This document shows positions 1 to 9,573 of a DNA stretch of 64,000 nt, piece after piece (positions within the stretch are counted from its first letter, which is position 1; every line of letters begins with the position of its first letter). The position numbers and the translations under genes were made by a program. The notes under the pieces were generated by a model. That model did no database searches. It was given only the letters and a program-made list of their open reading frames with translations, and was not told the origin of the DNA. The DNA comes from an uncultured Nitrososphaerota archaeon (GTDB lineage: Archaea > Thermoproteota > Nitrososphaeria > Nitrososphaerales > Gagatemarchaeaceae): NCBI GenBank assembly GCA_963838925.1, contig CAWISW010000003.1, positions 754,595 to 818,594 on the forward strand, written 5' to 3'.

Positions 1-10
1 GGCAAGCCAG

Positions 11-157
11 ATGGCGAAGTTCAGCGGCATAGTCGAGAAGAGGCTACTCACGGTCACCGAGAAGGAGAACGAGCTCACGCTCGTCTTTGAGGATAACCGG
101 TTCCTGTTCGTCTCACTGAAGGACGGAAAGCTCCACTCTGAGAGCGTCCCAGAGTGA
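11..157 (+). CDS. Small hypothetical protein (48 aa, MAKFSGIVEKRLLTVTEKENELTLVFEDNRFLFVSLKDGKLHSESVPE)
   Basis: Manually translated from ATG 11 to TGA 155-157; codon usage matches core genes; below the ORF-track cutoff; could start upstream of the window. Confidence 0.6.
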   Translation: MAKFSGIVEKRLLTVTEKENELTLVFEDNRFLFVSLKDGKLHSESVPE

Positions 158-172
158 ATCGAAGTCCTTGGC

Positions 173-772
173 CTAGACTGATATTGCTTCCTCGCGGAAG
201 CCCGACCTGTCGAGCGTCAGCAGGTCTATCCCGTTGCCGCTCATCGCGTCCCTCTCGATTGCGGCCTTTATCGAAGACACGGTGAGGTCCCGAGCGTCCT
301 TCTCGGACAGCCCCGCCTTGAACCCTGCCTCGATGACTCCAGTCGCCATCTCTGCTCCGGTGCCGACCGAGGCGTACTCGTCGGTGATTAGGCTGCCGAG
401 GGGGTCTAGCACCCAGACCTTCGGCTTGACGTCGACCCCGCCCAGTATCACCTGGGTGAGCAGCGGCGAGAACCTCCTCTCGAACATTATGACAGACGTG
501 AGCTTCGCGACCGCGGAGGCCTTCAGGGTCCTCTTCGCCTCGAGCTCTTTCAGCTTCGCGTAGACGCCGACCTCCTTCACAAGATTCTGCATGTCCGCGA
601 TCATCCCTGCGCACACGGCTCCGCAGCTGTCGGTCATCCTGAAGACCTTCTTCCCGTGCTTGCTGATGACCATGTTTCCAAGCGTGATCCTTCTCTCCGC
701 CCCGAGCACGACCCCGTCCTTGTAGGCGATGCCGACGGCCGTGGCTCCGGGGATATACGCGTCAAACGACAT
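173..772 (-). CDS. psmB: Proteasome beta subunit, probably the non-catalytic paralogue
   Basis: GATAVGIAYKDGVVLGAERR, AGMIAD, DPLGS, GTGAEMA, RDAMSGNG motifs; Ala where the catalytic Thr1 normally sits. Confidence 0.93.
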   Translation of the reverse strand: MSFDAYIPGATAVGIAYKDGVVLGAERRITLGNMVISKHGKKVFRMTDSCGAVCAGMIADMQNLVKEVGVYAKLKELEAKRTLKASAVAKLTSVIMFERRFSPLLTQVILGGVDVKPKVWVLDPLGSLITDEYASVGTGAEMATGVIEAGFKAGLSEKDARDLTVSSIKAAIERDAMSGNGIDLLTLDRSGFREEAISV

Positions 773-867
773 TTTGCTGATTACGACCTAACAGTCGCCG
801 TTGGCGCGGTGTTATTAGCTATTTTGTTCGCGACGGGGAGATCGAGAGCAGGGAGGCCTCCCCGACC

Positions 868-1866
868 TCAGAAGAACCCGAACTCCGCGGACGTGAACTG
901 CCTGGCCACGTGAAGGCTTGTCCTCAGGTGCTCCGTCACGTATGGGATCAGCAGCGAGGACGGGGACTCGGAGAGGCAGAGCACAGGCGCGAGCATGTCG
1001 GCCAGGTGGACGTCGGCCCTCGCTCCGGAAGCGTAGGCTGAAAGGAAGCTCTCGGCGGCCTCCCTCCCGACCTTCTCGGCGGGCTTCTCGCGGGCCCCTA
1101 TGGAGTCGCCCCCTATGTAGCAGCCGCCCCCGACCATCGAGACGAGTATCGAGCTCCCAGGAGACACCGAGTCCTCCAACGACACGTGCCTGTCCAGCAC
1201 CTCGACGCCTCTTGGCCTGAGCGCCGTGACGGCCGCCCTGGCCTGCCTCTCAGCGACCGAGACCGGGAGCTTGCTGCATCTGCTCACCAGCGAGACGACG
1301 CCCTGGCCTTCCCCTCCCTCCCTCTTCGAACCGAGCTGGAGAGGCTCGACCGACTCGCACGCCTCGATGTGTATCGCCGCCCTCCCGCCGCCGTTCGGGT
1401 AGTAGCCTCGCCTCTCGACCTTTATCGAGAACCCTATCCCAGCCGCCCCCATCGCTGGCGCGACGACGCGGTCGAGGTAGTCGGAGGTCGGGCTCCAGGG
1501 GACGTCGGTCCCCCCGATCAGGTCGAGGTCGTATGAGTTCCCCATCAGCGAGACCGCCGGCACGACCGCCTGGAGTACGAGCGGGATGCTCGCCGCCGTC
1601 CCCAGGTCGAACGAGCCCCGCGCGGTCCCGACCTCTCCGGGAGAGAAGGTCAGCTCCGTCGAGCCCACCGCCGCGCCCTGCACCTTCGCGGAGCATATCT
1701 CGCCGAGTATCTTGATCGTCGCGGAGTGCTGCGGACGGAGCCCCGGGATCCTCCTCCCCGCCCTTATCTTGGTGACGTGGATGGGGACCCCTAGCACCAT
1801 CGAGAAGCAGACCGCCGTCCTGAGTATCTGGCCCCCTCCCTCGCCGTACGAGCCGTCTACCTCCAC
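868..1866 (-). CDS. rtcA: RNA 3'-terminal phosphate cyclase
   Basis: DGSYGEGGGQILRT, GLRPQH, GGTDVPWSP, RRGYYPNGGG, DVHLADM, TEHLRT; GTG start at 1866 lies downstream of a TATA-like box at 1934-1941. Confidence 0.93.
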   Translation of the reverse strand: MEVDGSYGEGGGQILRTAVCFSMVLGVPIHVTKIRAGRRIPGLRPQHSATIKILGEICSAKVQGAAVGSTELTFSPGEVGTARGSFDLGTAASIPLVLQAVVPAVSLMGNSYDLDLIGGTDVPWSPTSDYLDRVVAPAMGAAGIGFSIKVERRGYYPNGGGRAAIHIEACESVEPLQLGSKREGGEGQGVVSLVSRCSKLPVSVAERQARAAVTALRPRGVEVLDRHVSLEDSVSPGSSILVSMVGGGCYIGGDSIGAREKPAEKVGREAAESFLSAYASGARADVHLADMLAPVLCLSESPSSLLIPYVTEHLRTSLHVARQFTSAEFGFF

Positions 1867-1971
1867 GGGGGTGGCTGTGTGGGGAGGCGGTCGATGCGTT
1901 TGCGTCGTGACTGTGAGACAGCGGCAAAAACCGCTTAAATACTCACCGAAATCCCGCAACCATAGAGCCAC

Positions 1972-2502
1972 TTGACCGTCGGCGTGCTTGTGGGGAGATT
2001 CCAGCCTTTCCACAACGGACACCTAGAAGCGGTGCGCCATGCCCTGCAAGAGGTGGACTTCCTGTACATCGTCATCGGCAGCTCGCAGAGGAACCACGAG
2101 CGCGACAACCCGTTCACCGCAGGAGAGAGGATCGCGATGATCAAGGCGGCGCTCGACTCGGGCGGGGTCAAGCCAGGGAGTTGGATGGCGATCCCCATCG
2201 CGGACACGGAGTCGCATGCGCTCTGGCCGGAGATACTGAAGACCACCGTCCCGCCTTTCAGCATAGTGTTCACCAACGACGGCTTGACCACGAGGCTCCT
2301 GAAGGAGAGCGGCGTCAAGGTCGAGGCCGTCCCATACCTCGACAGGTCGAGCTACTCGGCGACCAACGTGCGCAACCGCATCTTGGAGATGAAGGACTGG
2401 GAGAAGCTCGTCCCCGCGCCCGTCGCCGCCATGGTGAAGAGCATCGGCGGGGTCGAGAGAGTTAGAAGCATGATTCACAAAGACCTTGAAGGGGAGGAGT
2501 GA
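1972..2502 (+). CDS. nadM: Nicotinamide-nucleotide adenylyltransferase
   Basis: GRFQPFHNGH, IGSSQ, NPFTAGERI, YSATNVR motifs. Confidence 0.95.
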   Translation: MTVGVLVGRFQPFHNGHLEAVRHALQEVDFLYIVIGSSQRNHERDNPFTAGERIAMIKAALDSGGVKPGSWMAIPIADTESHALWPEILKTTVPPFSIVFTNDGLTTRLLKESGVKVEAVPYLDRSSYSATNVRNRILEMKDWEKLVPAPVAAMVKSIGGVERVRSMIHKDLEGEE

Positions 2503-2513
2503 GGGGCTAACCG

Positions 2514-3665
2514 ATGACCGCGACTCATCCGACCAAGAAGCTCCTGATGATTCCGGGGCCGACCAACGTCTCCGACAGGGTCATGAACGCGATGCTGAGG
2601 CCGATGATAAACCACAGGTCTCCCGAGTTCACCGAGCTCGTCGAGAGCATCACTGAGAAGGGCAAGTACCTGTTCCAGACCGAGGAGCACATCGTCACGA
2701 TAACCGCCTCCGGGACGGGAGGCGTCGAAGCGATAGCGTTCGCCCTCGTCCGCCCGGGAGACAACGTCGTCGTGCCGGTCTACGGGGAGTTCGGGCAGCG
2801 CCTCGCTGAGGCGTTGGAGCTCGCGGGCGGCAACGTGGTCAAGGTGTTCGCGGAGCCTGGCAACGTCCCCCGCCTCGAGGAGGTCAGGGAGGCCATCAGG
2901 AGGACCGACAACCTGAAGGCGGTCTACACCGTACACAACGAGACGAGCACGGGCTGCACGATCCCCTACGTCCAGGACCTGGCGAAGGCGGCGCACGAGA
3001 AGGGCGCCTTCATGGTCGTGGACGGGGTGTCCAGCATCGGCGGGTACTCGGTCCCTGTGGACGCCTGGGGGGTGGACATGTGCGTCACGGCGAGCCAGAA
3101 GTGCATCGCGGCGCCGCCCGGCATGGTCATCATCTCCCTGAACGGGAAGGTGGCGGAGTTCCTGAAGAAGACTCCCCCGACCGTCAGGTACTTCGACCTC
3201 GGGAAGCACCTGGACTTTCTGGAGCACGGCTTCACGCCGTTCACTCCCGCGGTCTCGCTGTACTACGCGCTCGACGAGGCGCTGACCGTCCTCAAGGAGG
3301 AGACCCTGGAGAAGAGGGTCGCGAGGCACGAGAGGTGCGCCGCCCAGCTCTACTCGGCGGTCGAGTCCATGGGCTTGGAGTGCTTCGCCGACAAGGGGTG
3401 CCGCTCGAACACGGTCATCGCAGTGAAGACCCCCAAGGGCATCGATGACGAGCACTTCCGGACCATCCTCAGCGACGAGCAGGGGGTCGTGATAACCGGG
3501 GGCTTCGGCCCTCTGAAGGGGAAGATACTGAGGCTGGGGTCCATGGGAGACGTCACCAGCGGGGACATCCAGAGGACCGTCGACGCGATGGCCAAGACCT
3601 TCACGAAGCTCGGACACCCGGTCCAGGCGAAGCCGCTCGCCGACGCCGCAGTCCGCCGAACGTAA
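2514..3665 (+). CDS. Class V PLP aminotransferase (serine-pyruvate/alanine-glyoxylate family)
   Basis: LMIPGPT, HRSPEF, HNETSTG, DGVSS, ASQK (PLP lysine), TPFTP. Confidence 0.92.
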   Translation: MTATHPTKKLLMIPGPTNVSDRVMNAMLRPMINHRSPEFTELVESITEKGKYLFQTEEHIVTITASGTGGVEAIAFALVRPGDNVVVPVYGEFGQRLAEALELAGGNVVKVFAEPGNVPRLEEVREAIRRTDNLKAVYTVHNETSTGCTIPYVQDLAKAAHEKGAFMVVDGVSSIGGYSVPVDAWGVDMCVTASQKCIAAPPGMVIISLNGKVAEFLKKTPPTVRYFDLGKHLDFLEHGFTPFTPAVSLYYALDEALTVLKEETLEKRVARHERCAAQLYSAVESMGLECFADKGCRSNTVIAVKTPKGIDDEHFRTILSDEQGVVITGGFGPLKGKILRLGSMGDVTSGDIQRTVDAMAKTFTKLGHPVQAKPLADAAVRRT

Positions 3666-3716
3666 GCACTAAGCATTTAAACTGACTCGGGACGACGATG
3701 GGTGTTTCATAACAAA

Positions 3717-4514
3717 ATGGCATTCGCTAAAGGGACCCTCGTCTACGTGAACTACACCGCCAAGGTGAAGGATACCTCCGAGCCGATAGAGACGACCCTG
3801 GAAGACGAAGCCAAGAAGCTCAACATCTACGACTCCGAGAGGAGGTACGAGCCGCGACTCGTCTCCGTCGGAGAGGACTGGGTCCTGAAGGGCCTGGACG
3901 AGGAGATCGGCAAGATGGACGTCGGCGAGAAGAAGACCGCCGAGCTCCCCCCTGACAGGGCGTGGGGCGGGCGAGACCCGACGCTCCTGAGGATGGTCCC
4001 CCTGCGCAAGTTCGGCGACAGAGCCGACGAGCTGCGGGTGGGCGACGAGGTCGAGATGGACAACCGCGTCGCGGTGGTCCGGTTCATCGGGTCGGGAAGG
4101 GCGCAGGTCGACTTCAACCATAGGCTTGCAGGAAAGACGCTCATCTACGACATCGAGGTCATCAGGAAGGTCGAGCCAGGAGAGGACACAATCCGCTCCC
4201 TGATGAAGAGGCGGTTCCCAGGAGAGGGCGAGAAGCTGGCCTTCACCCAGGACGCCGGCGATGTCTCTGTGACCATCCCGGACGAGGCCTTCCTCGTCGA
4301 GGGGCTGCAGTTCATCAAGAGGGGGATTGCGAACGACATACTCCACTTCGTCCCCGAAGTGAAGAAGGTCACGTTCACAGAGGTGTACCCGCGCAAGGAA
4401 GAGGCTGCGAAGGGCAAGGCCAAGGGCAAGGCCGACAGGGCCGAGGGCGCAGAGGAGGAGCCGGTCAAGGCGGACGCCCCCGCGAAGAAGCAAGAAGCGA
4501 AGCAGACGGCCTAG
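3717..4514 (+). CDS. slyD: Long-type archaeal FKBP peptidyl-prolyl isomerase
   Basis: VNYTAK, VLKGLDE, DFNHRLAGKTL plus archaeal C-terminal domain; ATG 3717. Confidence 0.92.
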   Translation: MAFAKGTLVYVNYTAKVKDTSEPIETTLEDEAKKLNIYDSERRYEPRLVSVGEDWVLKGLDEEIGKMDVGEKKTAELPPDRAWGGRDPTLLRMVPLRKFGDRADELRVGDEVEMDNRVAVVRFIGSGRAQVDFNHRLAGKTLIYDIEVIRKVEPGEDTIRSLMKRRFPGEGEKLAFTQDAGDVSVTIPDEAFLVEGLQFIKRGIANDILHFVPEVKKVTFTEVYPRKEEAAKGKAKGKADRAEGAEEEPVKADAPAKKQEAKQTA

Positions 4515-4518
4515 CCGA

Positions 4519-5559
4519 CTAGATTACGCCCGTCTTCCTCGCCAGCTGCCCCGCGGACTTGCGGTCTAGCTTCACCTTCGAGAGTATCGTGTAGCGGTCC
4601 GGCCTTATCGTGGGCGCCTCGACGAGCGCCCGCTTGATCTCGTCGTCGGTTATCCCGAGCTCCGCCCCAGACGTCGGGGCGTTCACGTCCTTCAAAGCCT
4701 GCCTGACCCCCTCCCAGTCGAGACCGTGGAGCGATGCCATCATGATCGTCCCTATCCCGCACTGCTCGCCGTGGAGCCCCTTCCCAGGGCAGATCGCGTC
4801 GAGCGCGTGGCTGAAGAGGTGCTCTGAGCCGCTGCAGGGTCGGCTGCTCCCCGCGATCCCCGCGGCGACGCCCGCGCTGATAAGGCCCTCCACCAGGGCT
4901 CGCGCGGACGCCTTGTCGTAGGCCCCTATGCTCTTCGAGCCGTCCAAGAATACCTGGGCGCTCAGAAGGGCGAGGCTGGCGGCGTATCCGCCGAAGTATT
5001 CGCCCGCCTCCTTGCTCGCGAGCTCCCAGTCCTTGACGGCGGTGAGCTTCGACACCAGGTCGCCGCACCCGGCCGCCTCGAGCCTCTTGGGCGCTGCGGC
5101 TATGACGTCGATGTCAGCCAAGATCCCGACCGGAGGCTTCGCTCGCTCCGAGTAATGGGTCCCCGTCCCAGAGATCGAGGCGAACGGGCTGGCGATCCCG
5201 TCGTGGGACGCGCTCGTCGGGACCGAGAAGAACGGCGCGTTGATCTTGAAGGCCGCGAGCTTCCCCACGTCCACGCTCTTCCCGCCGCCGATCCCGACTA
5301 TGCAGTACGCCTTGGACGAGGCCTTCATGACGCGCTCGACGTTGCGCATGTCAGAGGCGACGACCTCGACCCACTCGACCGGCTCGCCTATCGACTTGGT
5401 GACCACGCCCCTCACCTTCTCCTGGACGTTCGCCCCTGAGGCGATGACGGCGGACCTCCTGCCTCGAGGGAACTCTATGAAGTCCCCGAGCTCCCCGAGG
5501 ATCCCATCGCCTATCCGGATCCGCCGAGGAAACTCCATCGTGTGGGAGCCCAGCGGCAT
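4519..5559 (-). CDS. egsA: sn-glycerol-1-phosphate dehydrogenase
   Basis: GIGGGKSVDVGK, PTSASHDGIAS, SRPCSGSEHLFSHALD, HGEQCG, RPDRYTIL. Confidence 0.96.
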   Translation of the reverse strand: MPLGSHTMEFPRRIRIGDGILGELGDFIEFPRGRRSAVIASGANVQEKVRGVVTKSIGEPVEWVEVVASDMRNVERVMKASSKAYCIVGIGGGKSVDVGKLAAFKINAPFFSVPTSASHDGIASPFASISGTGTHYSERAKPPVGILADIDVIAAAPKRLEAAGCGDLVSKLTAVKDWELASKEAGEYFGGYAASLALLSAQVFLDGSKSIGAYDKASARALVEGLISAGVAAGIAGSSRPCSGSEHLFSHALDAICPGKGLHGEQCGIGTIMMASLHGLDWEGVRQALKDVNAPTSGAELGITDDEIKRALVEAPTIRPDRYTILSKVKLDRKSAGQLARKTGVI

Positions 5560-5745
5560 CGACTTCGACGCTTGCAACCCGAGGATAAAAACTTCCAGAC
5601 GGCTAGCCGACGAGTGGGCCTGAGCGATTCAATTCATGCAAAGGTTAATTAAGCGACGCGGCACAACCATTTTTCGTCCTCTCCGAGGACATTCGGCATG
5701 CATATCCCACCAATCATCGATACTGATAGAGAGAGAAAATAGAGA

Positions 5746-6405
5746 ATGAACACTTCGACCCAAAAGATACCGGAACAGGCCAGGTACCACGGCACGACCA
5801 CCGCGGGGCTCGTCTGCTCCGACGGGATAGTCCTCGCCACGGACACGAGGGTGACCGCCGGAGGGTTCATCGCGCACAAGAGGGGGAAGAAGCTCCTACA
5901 GGTCGACCGCCACCTCGCGGTGACAATCTCGGGAGGAGTGGCAGACGCGCAGAACGTCGTGGACAGCCTCAAGTATTACGCTAACACATACAGGGTCGAG
6001 CACAACCTGCCACTGCCCGTAAAGTCCGCGGCCCGGATCGTCTCAAACATCCTCTTCGGCTCGCGCTACTATCCTTACATCGCGATCGTGCTCGTCGGCG
6101 GATACGACAGCACCGGCGGCTCCATCTACAACGTCGACCTCTTCGGGTCGGCGATACCCGACAAGGTGACCGCGACGGGGAGCGGCTCCCCGGTGGCGTA
6201 CGGAGTCCTCGAGGAGGGGTACCAAGAGGGGATGAGCGTCGCGAAGGGGGTGACGCTGGCGGCGAATGCGATAATCGCGGCTACCCGGCGCAACGTCTAC
6301 ACGGGCGACCACTTCGACATCGCCGTCATAGACAAGGCGGGCTTCAGAGAAGTTTCAGAGCAGGAGAAGGAGAAGCTCCTCGCTCAGTTCGCGGGACGCA
6401 GTTAA
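5746..6405 (+). CDS. psmB: Proteasome beta subunit, catalytic
   Basis: Propeptide followed by HG|TTTAG, SGGVADAQ, ATGSGSPVAYG; directly upstream of aCPSF1 as is usual in archaea. Confidence 0.95.
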   Translation: MNTSTQKIPEQARYHGTTTAGLVCSDGIVLATDTRVTAGGFIAHKRGKKLLQVDRHLAVTISGGVADAQNVVDSLKYYANTYRVEHNLPLPVKSAARIVSNILFGSRYYPYIAIVLVGGYDSTGGSIYNVDLFGSAIPDKVTATGSGSPVAYGVLEEGYQEGMSVAKGVTLAANAIIAATRRNVYTGDHFDIAVIDKAGFREVSEQEKEKLLAQFAGRS

Positions 6406-6408
6406 GTT

Positions 6409-8322
6409 TTGGCGCAGAAGGCAAACCACGTAAGCCTCATGGGGACGATTCTAAACAGTATCCCAGCGGAGGCTCAGATCACACGGATAGAGTACGAGGG
6501 CCCGCGCATCGCCCTGTACACCAAGAACCCGAAGTACCTCCACCAGAACAACTACATCATCTCCGAGATAGTCAACAGCGTCAAGAAGAGGGTCGTCACC
6601 CGCACCGAGAAGTCGATCAGGAAGCCCGAGCAGGACGCAAAGTCCCTGCTGGAGAAGGCGATCCCCGTCGAAGCCGGGGTCAACAACTACTTCTTCGACG
6701 ACGCCACCGGCGAGGTGCTGGTCGAGGCGAACAACCCCCGTGTGCTCTCCCCGGACGTGGGATACGACCTCGGGGAGCTGATGGGGCAGACGGGCTGGAA
6801 GGTCAAGGTCAGAAAGGCGCCCAACATCCCGTCCTCCGCGATACAGAGCATGTACTACGCCATGAGGACGGGCAGCGACGAGAGGGAGAAGTTCTACAGG
6901 GAGCTGGGCGAGGCCATCTTCAGGCCGAGGTTCACGACGGCGGAGCAGGTCACGATAAAGTGCTTGGGCGCCGGGCAGGAGGTCGGCAGGTCCTCATGGC
7001 TCGTCGAGACGTCTGAGAGCAAGGTGCTGCTTGACTGCGGGATATCCCCGGGTGCGAAGAACGCCTGGGACGCGTACCCCAGGCTCGACTGGGCGGACGT
7101 CCACCTCAACGACATCGACGCCGTCGTCCTCAGCCACGGCCACCTCGACCACATGGGGTTCCTCCCTGCCCTCTACAAGTTCGGCTACGAGGGGCCGGTC
7201 TACTGCACGGAGCCCACCCTCCCGCTGATGACGCTCCTACAGAACGACTTCATCAAGATAGCCCAGATGGAAGGAGGCAGGGTCCTCTACGACCAGAAGG
7301 ACATCCGCGACCTCATACAGCACACCATCACTCTCCAGTACGGGACCGTCACCGACATCTCCCCCGACATCAAGCTCGTCCTGAACAACGCCGGGCACAT
7401 CCTCGGCTCCGCGACCGTCCACCTCCACATCGGGGAGGGGGTCCACAACATCGTCTACACCGGCGACTACAAGTATGGCCGGACCCAGCTCTTCGATTCG
7501 GCCAGCTGGAACTACCCGCGGGTCGAGACGCTCATCACCGAGGCCACCTACGGCAACAAGGAGGACATCATGCCTCCGCGCGAGGAGGTGGAGATGAACT
7601 TCGTCAACGCCATCAACAGCACCCTCGCTAACGGCGGGAAGGTCCTCATCCCGATCCCCGCCGTCGGGAGGGCGCAGGAGATCATCCTCGTCCTCGACCA
7701 CTACATGAGGAACAAGGTCCTCACGGAGGCGCCGGTCTTCCTCGAAGGCATGATCTCGGAGGCCACCGCCATACACGTCTCCTACGCCGACTACCTCTCC
7801 AGGGAGCTCCGCAGCAAGATCCTCGACCAGGGCATCAACCCGTTCGTGAGCGAGTACTTCACGTCGATAGAGCACCCGTCGAACCGGGACGAGGCCCTGA
7901 GGGAGGGCCCCGCGGTCATCATGGCCACTTCGGGCATGCTCGAGGGCGGCCCGGTCCTGCAGTACTTCGAGCACATCGCGCCCTCCGAGAGGAACAAGAT
8001 CCTCTTCGTCTCATACCAGGTCCAGGGGACGCTCGGCAGGCGCGTCCTCGACGGCACCCACCAGGCCAGCCTGCTCGGCGACAACGGGAAGATCAAGATA
8101 GTCGACGTCAACGCCAGCACGGAGAAGGTGGACGGGTTCAGCGGCCACAGCGACTACAACCAGATAATCAGGTTCATCGGGAAGATGCGCCCTAAGCTCC
8201 AGCAGGTCATCGTCCAGCACGGGGACAAGAGGAAGATAGAGAACCTGGCCTACGTTATCCAGCGCATCTACAGGATTCCGGCGCTAAGGCCGGCAGTCCA
8301 AGAAGCTATCCGCGTGTTCTAG
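6409..8322 (+). CDS. fttA: Beta-CASP ribonuclease aCPSF1 / transcription termination factor
   Basis: N-terminal KH region, EVGRS, SHGHLDH, AGHILGS, TGD, FSGHSD. Confidence 0.96.
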   Translation: MAQKANHVSLMGTILNSIPAEAQITRIEYEGPRIALYTKNPKYLHQNNYIISEIVNSVKKRVVTRTEKSIRKPEQDAKSLLEKAIPVEAGVNNYFFDDATGEVLVEANNPRVLSPDVGYDLGELMGQTGWKVKVRKAPNIPSSAIQSMYYAMRTGSDEREKFYRELGEAIFRPRFTTAEQVTIKCLGAGQEVGRSSWLVETSESKVLLDCGISPGAKNAWDAYPRLDWADVHLNDIDAVVLSHGHLDHMGFLPALYKFGYEGPVYCTEPTLPLMTLLQNDFIKIAQMEGGRVLYDQKDIRDLIQHTITLQYGTVTDISPDIKLVLNNAGHILGSATVHLHIGEGVHNIVYTGDYKYGRTQLFDSASWNYPRVETLITEATYGNKEDIMPPREEVEMNFVNAINSTLANGGKVLIPIPAVGRAQEIILVLDHYMRNKVLTEAPVFLEGMISEATAIHVSYADYLSRELRSKILDQGINPFVSEYFTSIEHPSNRDEALREGPAVIMATSGMLEGGPVLQYFEHIAPSERNKILFVSYQVQGTLGRRVLDGTHQASLLGDNGKIKIVDVNASTEKVDGFSGHSDYNQIIRFIGKMRPKLQQVIVQHGDKRKIENLAYVIQRIYRIPALRPAVQEAIRVF

Positions 8323-8678
8323 CCAGAGAGCGAGCCGCGCCAGATCCTCACGCCGGGCGGCGTTATGACGATCCTCTCCTCGCCGAGCCTCGCGATGTCC
8401 CCGCCTATCGAGGTCGCGAACTCGTAGAGCTGCTCCACGACCGTCTTGAGGTCCTCGACGCTCTTCTGCGCGAGGGGCGTGACCCTCAGGATCACTATGG
8501 TCCTCTTCGCCACGTCGTCCTGTATCCCAGGAAGGTCCTCGGCGCTGCGGAGCTGGAGCGCCTTCAGCAGCATGCCCCCTCCCTCCTGCGCGGCGCCCTC
8601 CCCGGACTCTTCTGTGGTCAAACTCGATTCCAAGCTGATCTTGTCACGCTCAAGGAGATATTCCTGGCTTTTAAACAT
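8319..8678 (-). CDS. sepF: Cell division protein SepF homologue
   Basis: C-terminal GGDIARLGEERIVITPPGVRIW; true start may be TTG 8633. Confidence 0.85.
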   Translation of the reverse strand: MFKSQEYLLERDKISLESSLTTEESGEGAAQEGGGMLLKALQLRSAEDLPGIQDDVAKRTIVILRVTPLAQKSVEDLKTVVEQLYEFATSIGGDIARLGEERIVITPPGVRIWRGSLSG

Positions 8679-8702
8679 AAATCCAATATATAGGGGGAGA
8701 GG

Positions 8703-9188
8703 TCAAATTTTCTTGTACGCGTTCCAGTATTTGTCTCCAGCGTGATGGAGGTTCTTGACGCAGTTGCCCTTCTTCAGCTCCGCCATCTCGGCGCTTGACA
8801 CCGCCGTCCTCCCGACTGCGGCAGCCCTTCCCTTCTTGTCCTCGCGCACGACGACGAGCTTCCCCGCCTCACCCCAGTCGTCGTACTTCGAGATCCCCGG
8901 CCTCATCACGTCGGCGCCCTTGATGATGTACTTCACTGCCCCCTCGTCGATCGAGACCGAAGGGAACAGGCCGACCGCGTCGGGGGACCCGACATAGGGG
9001 AGGTATCCGCCTCCTCCGCCGCTCACGAAGGTGAACTTCCCGTCGATTATCACGAACTTCGTCTCCTCGTCCGGCTCCAGAATCTCCACTTGGGCGGAAC
9101 GCGCCACCTCGAGGTGTATCCCGGTGGACCTCTCGATCTCCGCGATGAGGTCCCTCGAGTCGCTCTTTGACACGACCTGTCTCTTCAA
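8703..9188 (-). CDS. Pre-PUA/PUA RNA-binding protein (MCT-1/Tma20-like)
   Basis: DEGAVKYIIKGADVMRPGI, KGNCVKNLHHAGDKYW. Confidence 0.9.
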   Translation of the reverse strand: MKRQVVSKSDSRDLIAEIERSTGIHLEVARSAQVEILEPDEETKFVIIDGKFTFVSGGGGGYLPYVGSPDAVGLFPSVSIDEGAVKYIIKGADVMRPGISKYDDWGEAGKLVVVREDKKGRAAAVGRTAVSSAEMAELKKGNCVKNLHHAGDKYWNAYKKI

Positions 9189-9267
9189 ACGTCAGGTCAG
9201 CGTCGAATACATCAATTTAATAAAGCCAGCCTGCGACGCCCGTTCTCAACCGGTGCCCATAGACACA

Positions 9268-9498
9268 ATGTCAGCGGACATGGCGATCAAAGTGCTCGAG
9301 ACGAGCGTCGGAAAGGTAGTCCTCATCAAGCTCAAGGGCGGCAAGGTCATCAGAGGCTCGCTCCAGGGCTTCGACCAGCACATGAACCTCTCGCTGGAGT
9401 CTGCAGAGGAGATAGTCGCCGACGGCAAGTCGACTTCGCTTGGCACCCTGATAGTCCGGGGAGACAACATCATCATGATCTCCCCACCGCCCGGCTGA
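9268..9498 (+). CDS. Sm-like (Lsm/SmAP) RNA-binding protein
   Basis: GSLQGFDQHMNL (Sm1) and IVRGDNI (Sm2); ATG 9268. Confidence 0.95.
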   Translation: MSADMAIKVLETSVGKVVLIKLKGGKVIRGSLQGFDQHMNLSLESAEEIVADGKSTSLGTLIVRGDNIIMISPPPG

Positions 9499-9573
9499 TC
9501 CTCGACACGCCGGCTTAGCAGCCCACGGTAGAACTCTTTTACGCGGCCCCCAACGCCAGCGCTCCAGGGAACC

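Noticed and set aside
173-772. Proteasome beta subunit lacking catalytic Thr1
   Set aside because: A catalytic plus a non-catalytic beta paralogue is already known in TACK archaea; the active copy is at 5746-6405.
868-870. TGA in rtcA as a possible selenocysteine or readthrough codon
   Set aside because: Not a catalytic Cys position; a frameshift explains the downstream sequence better.
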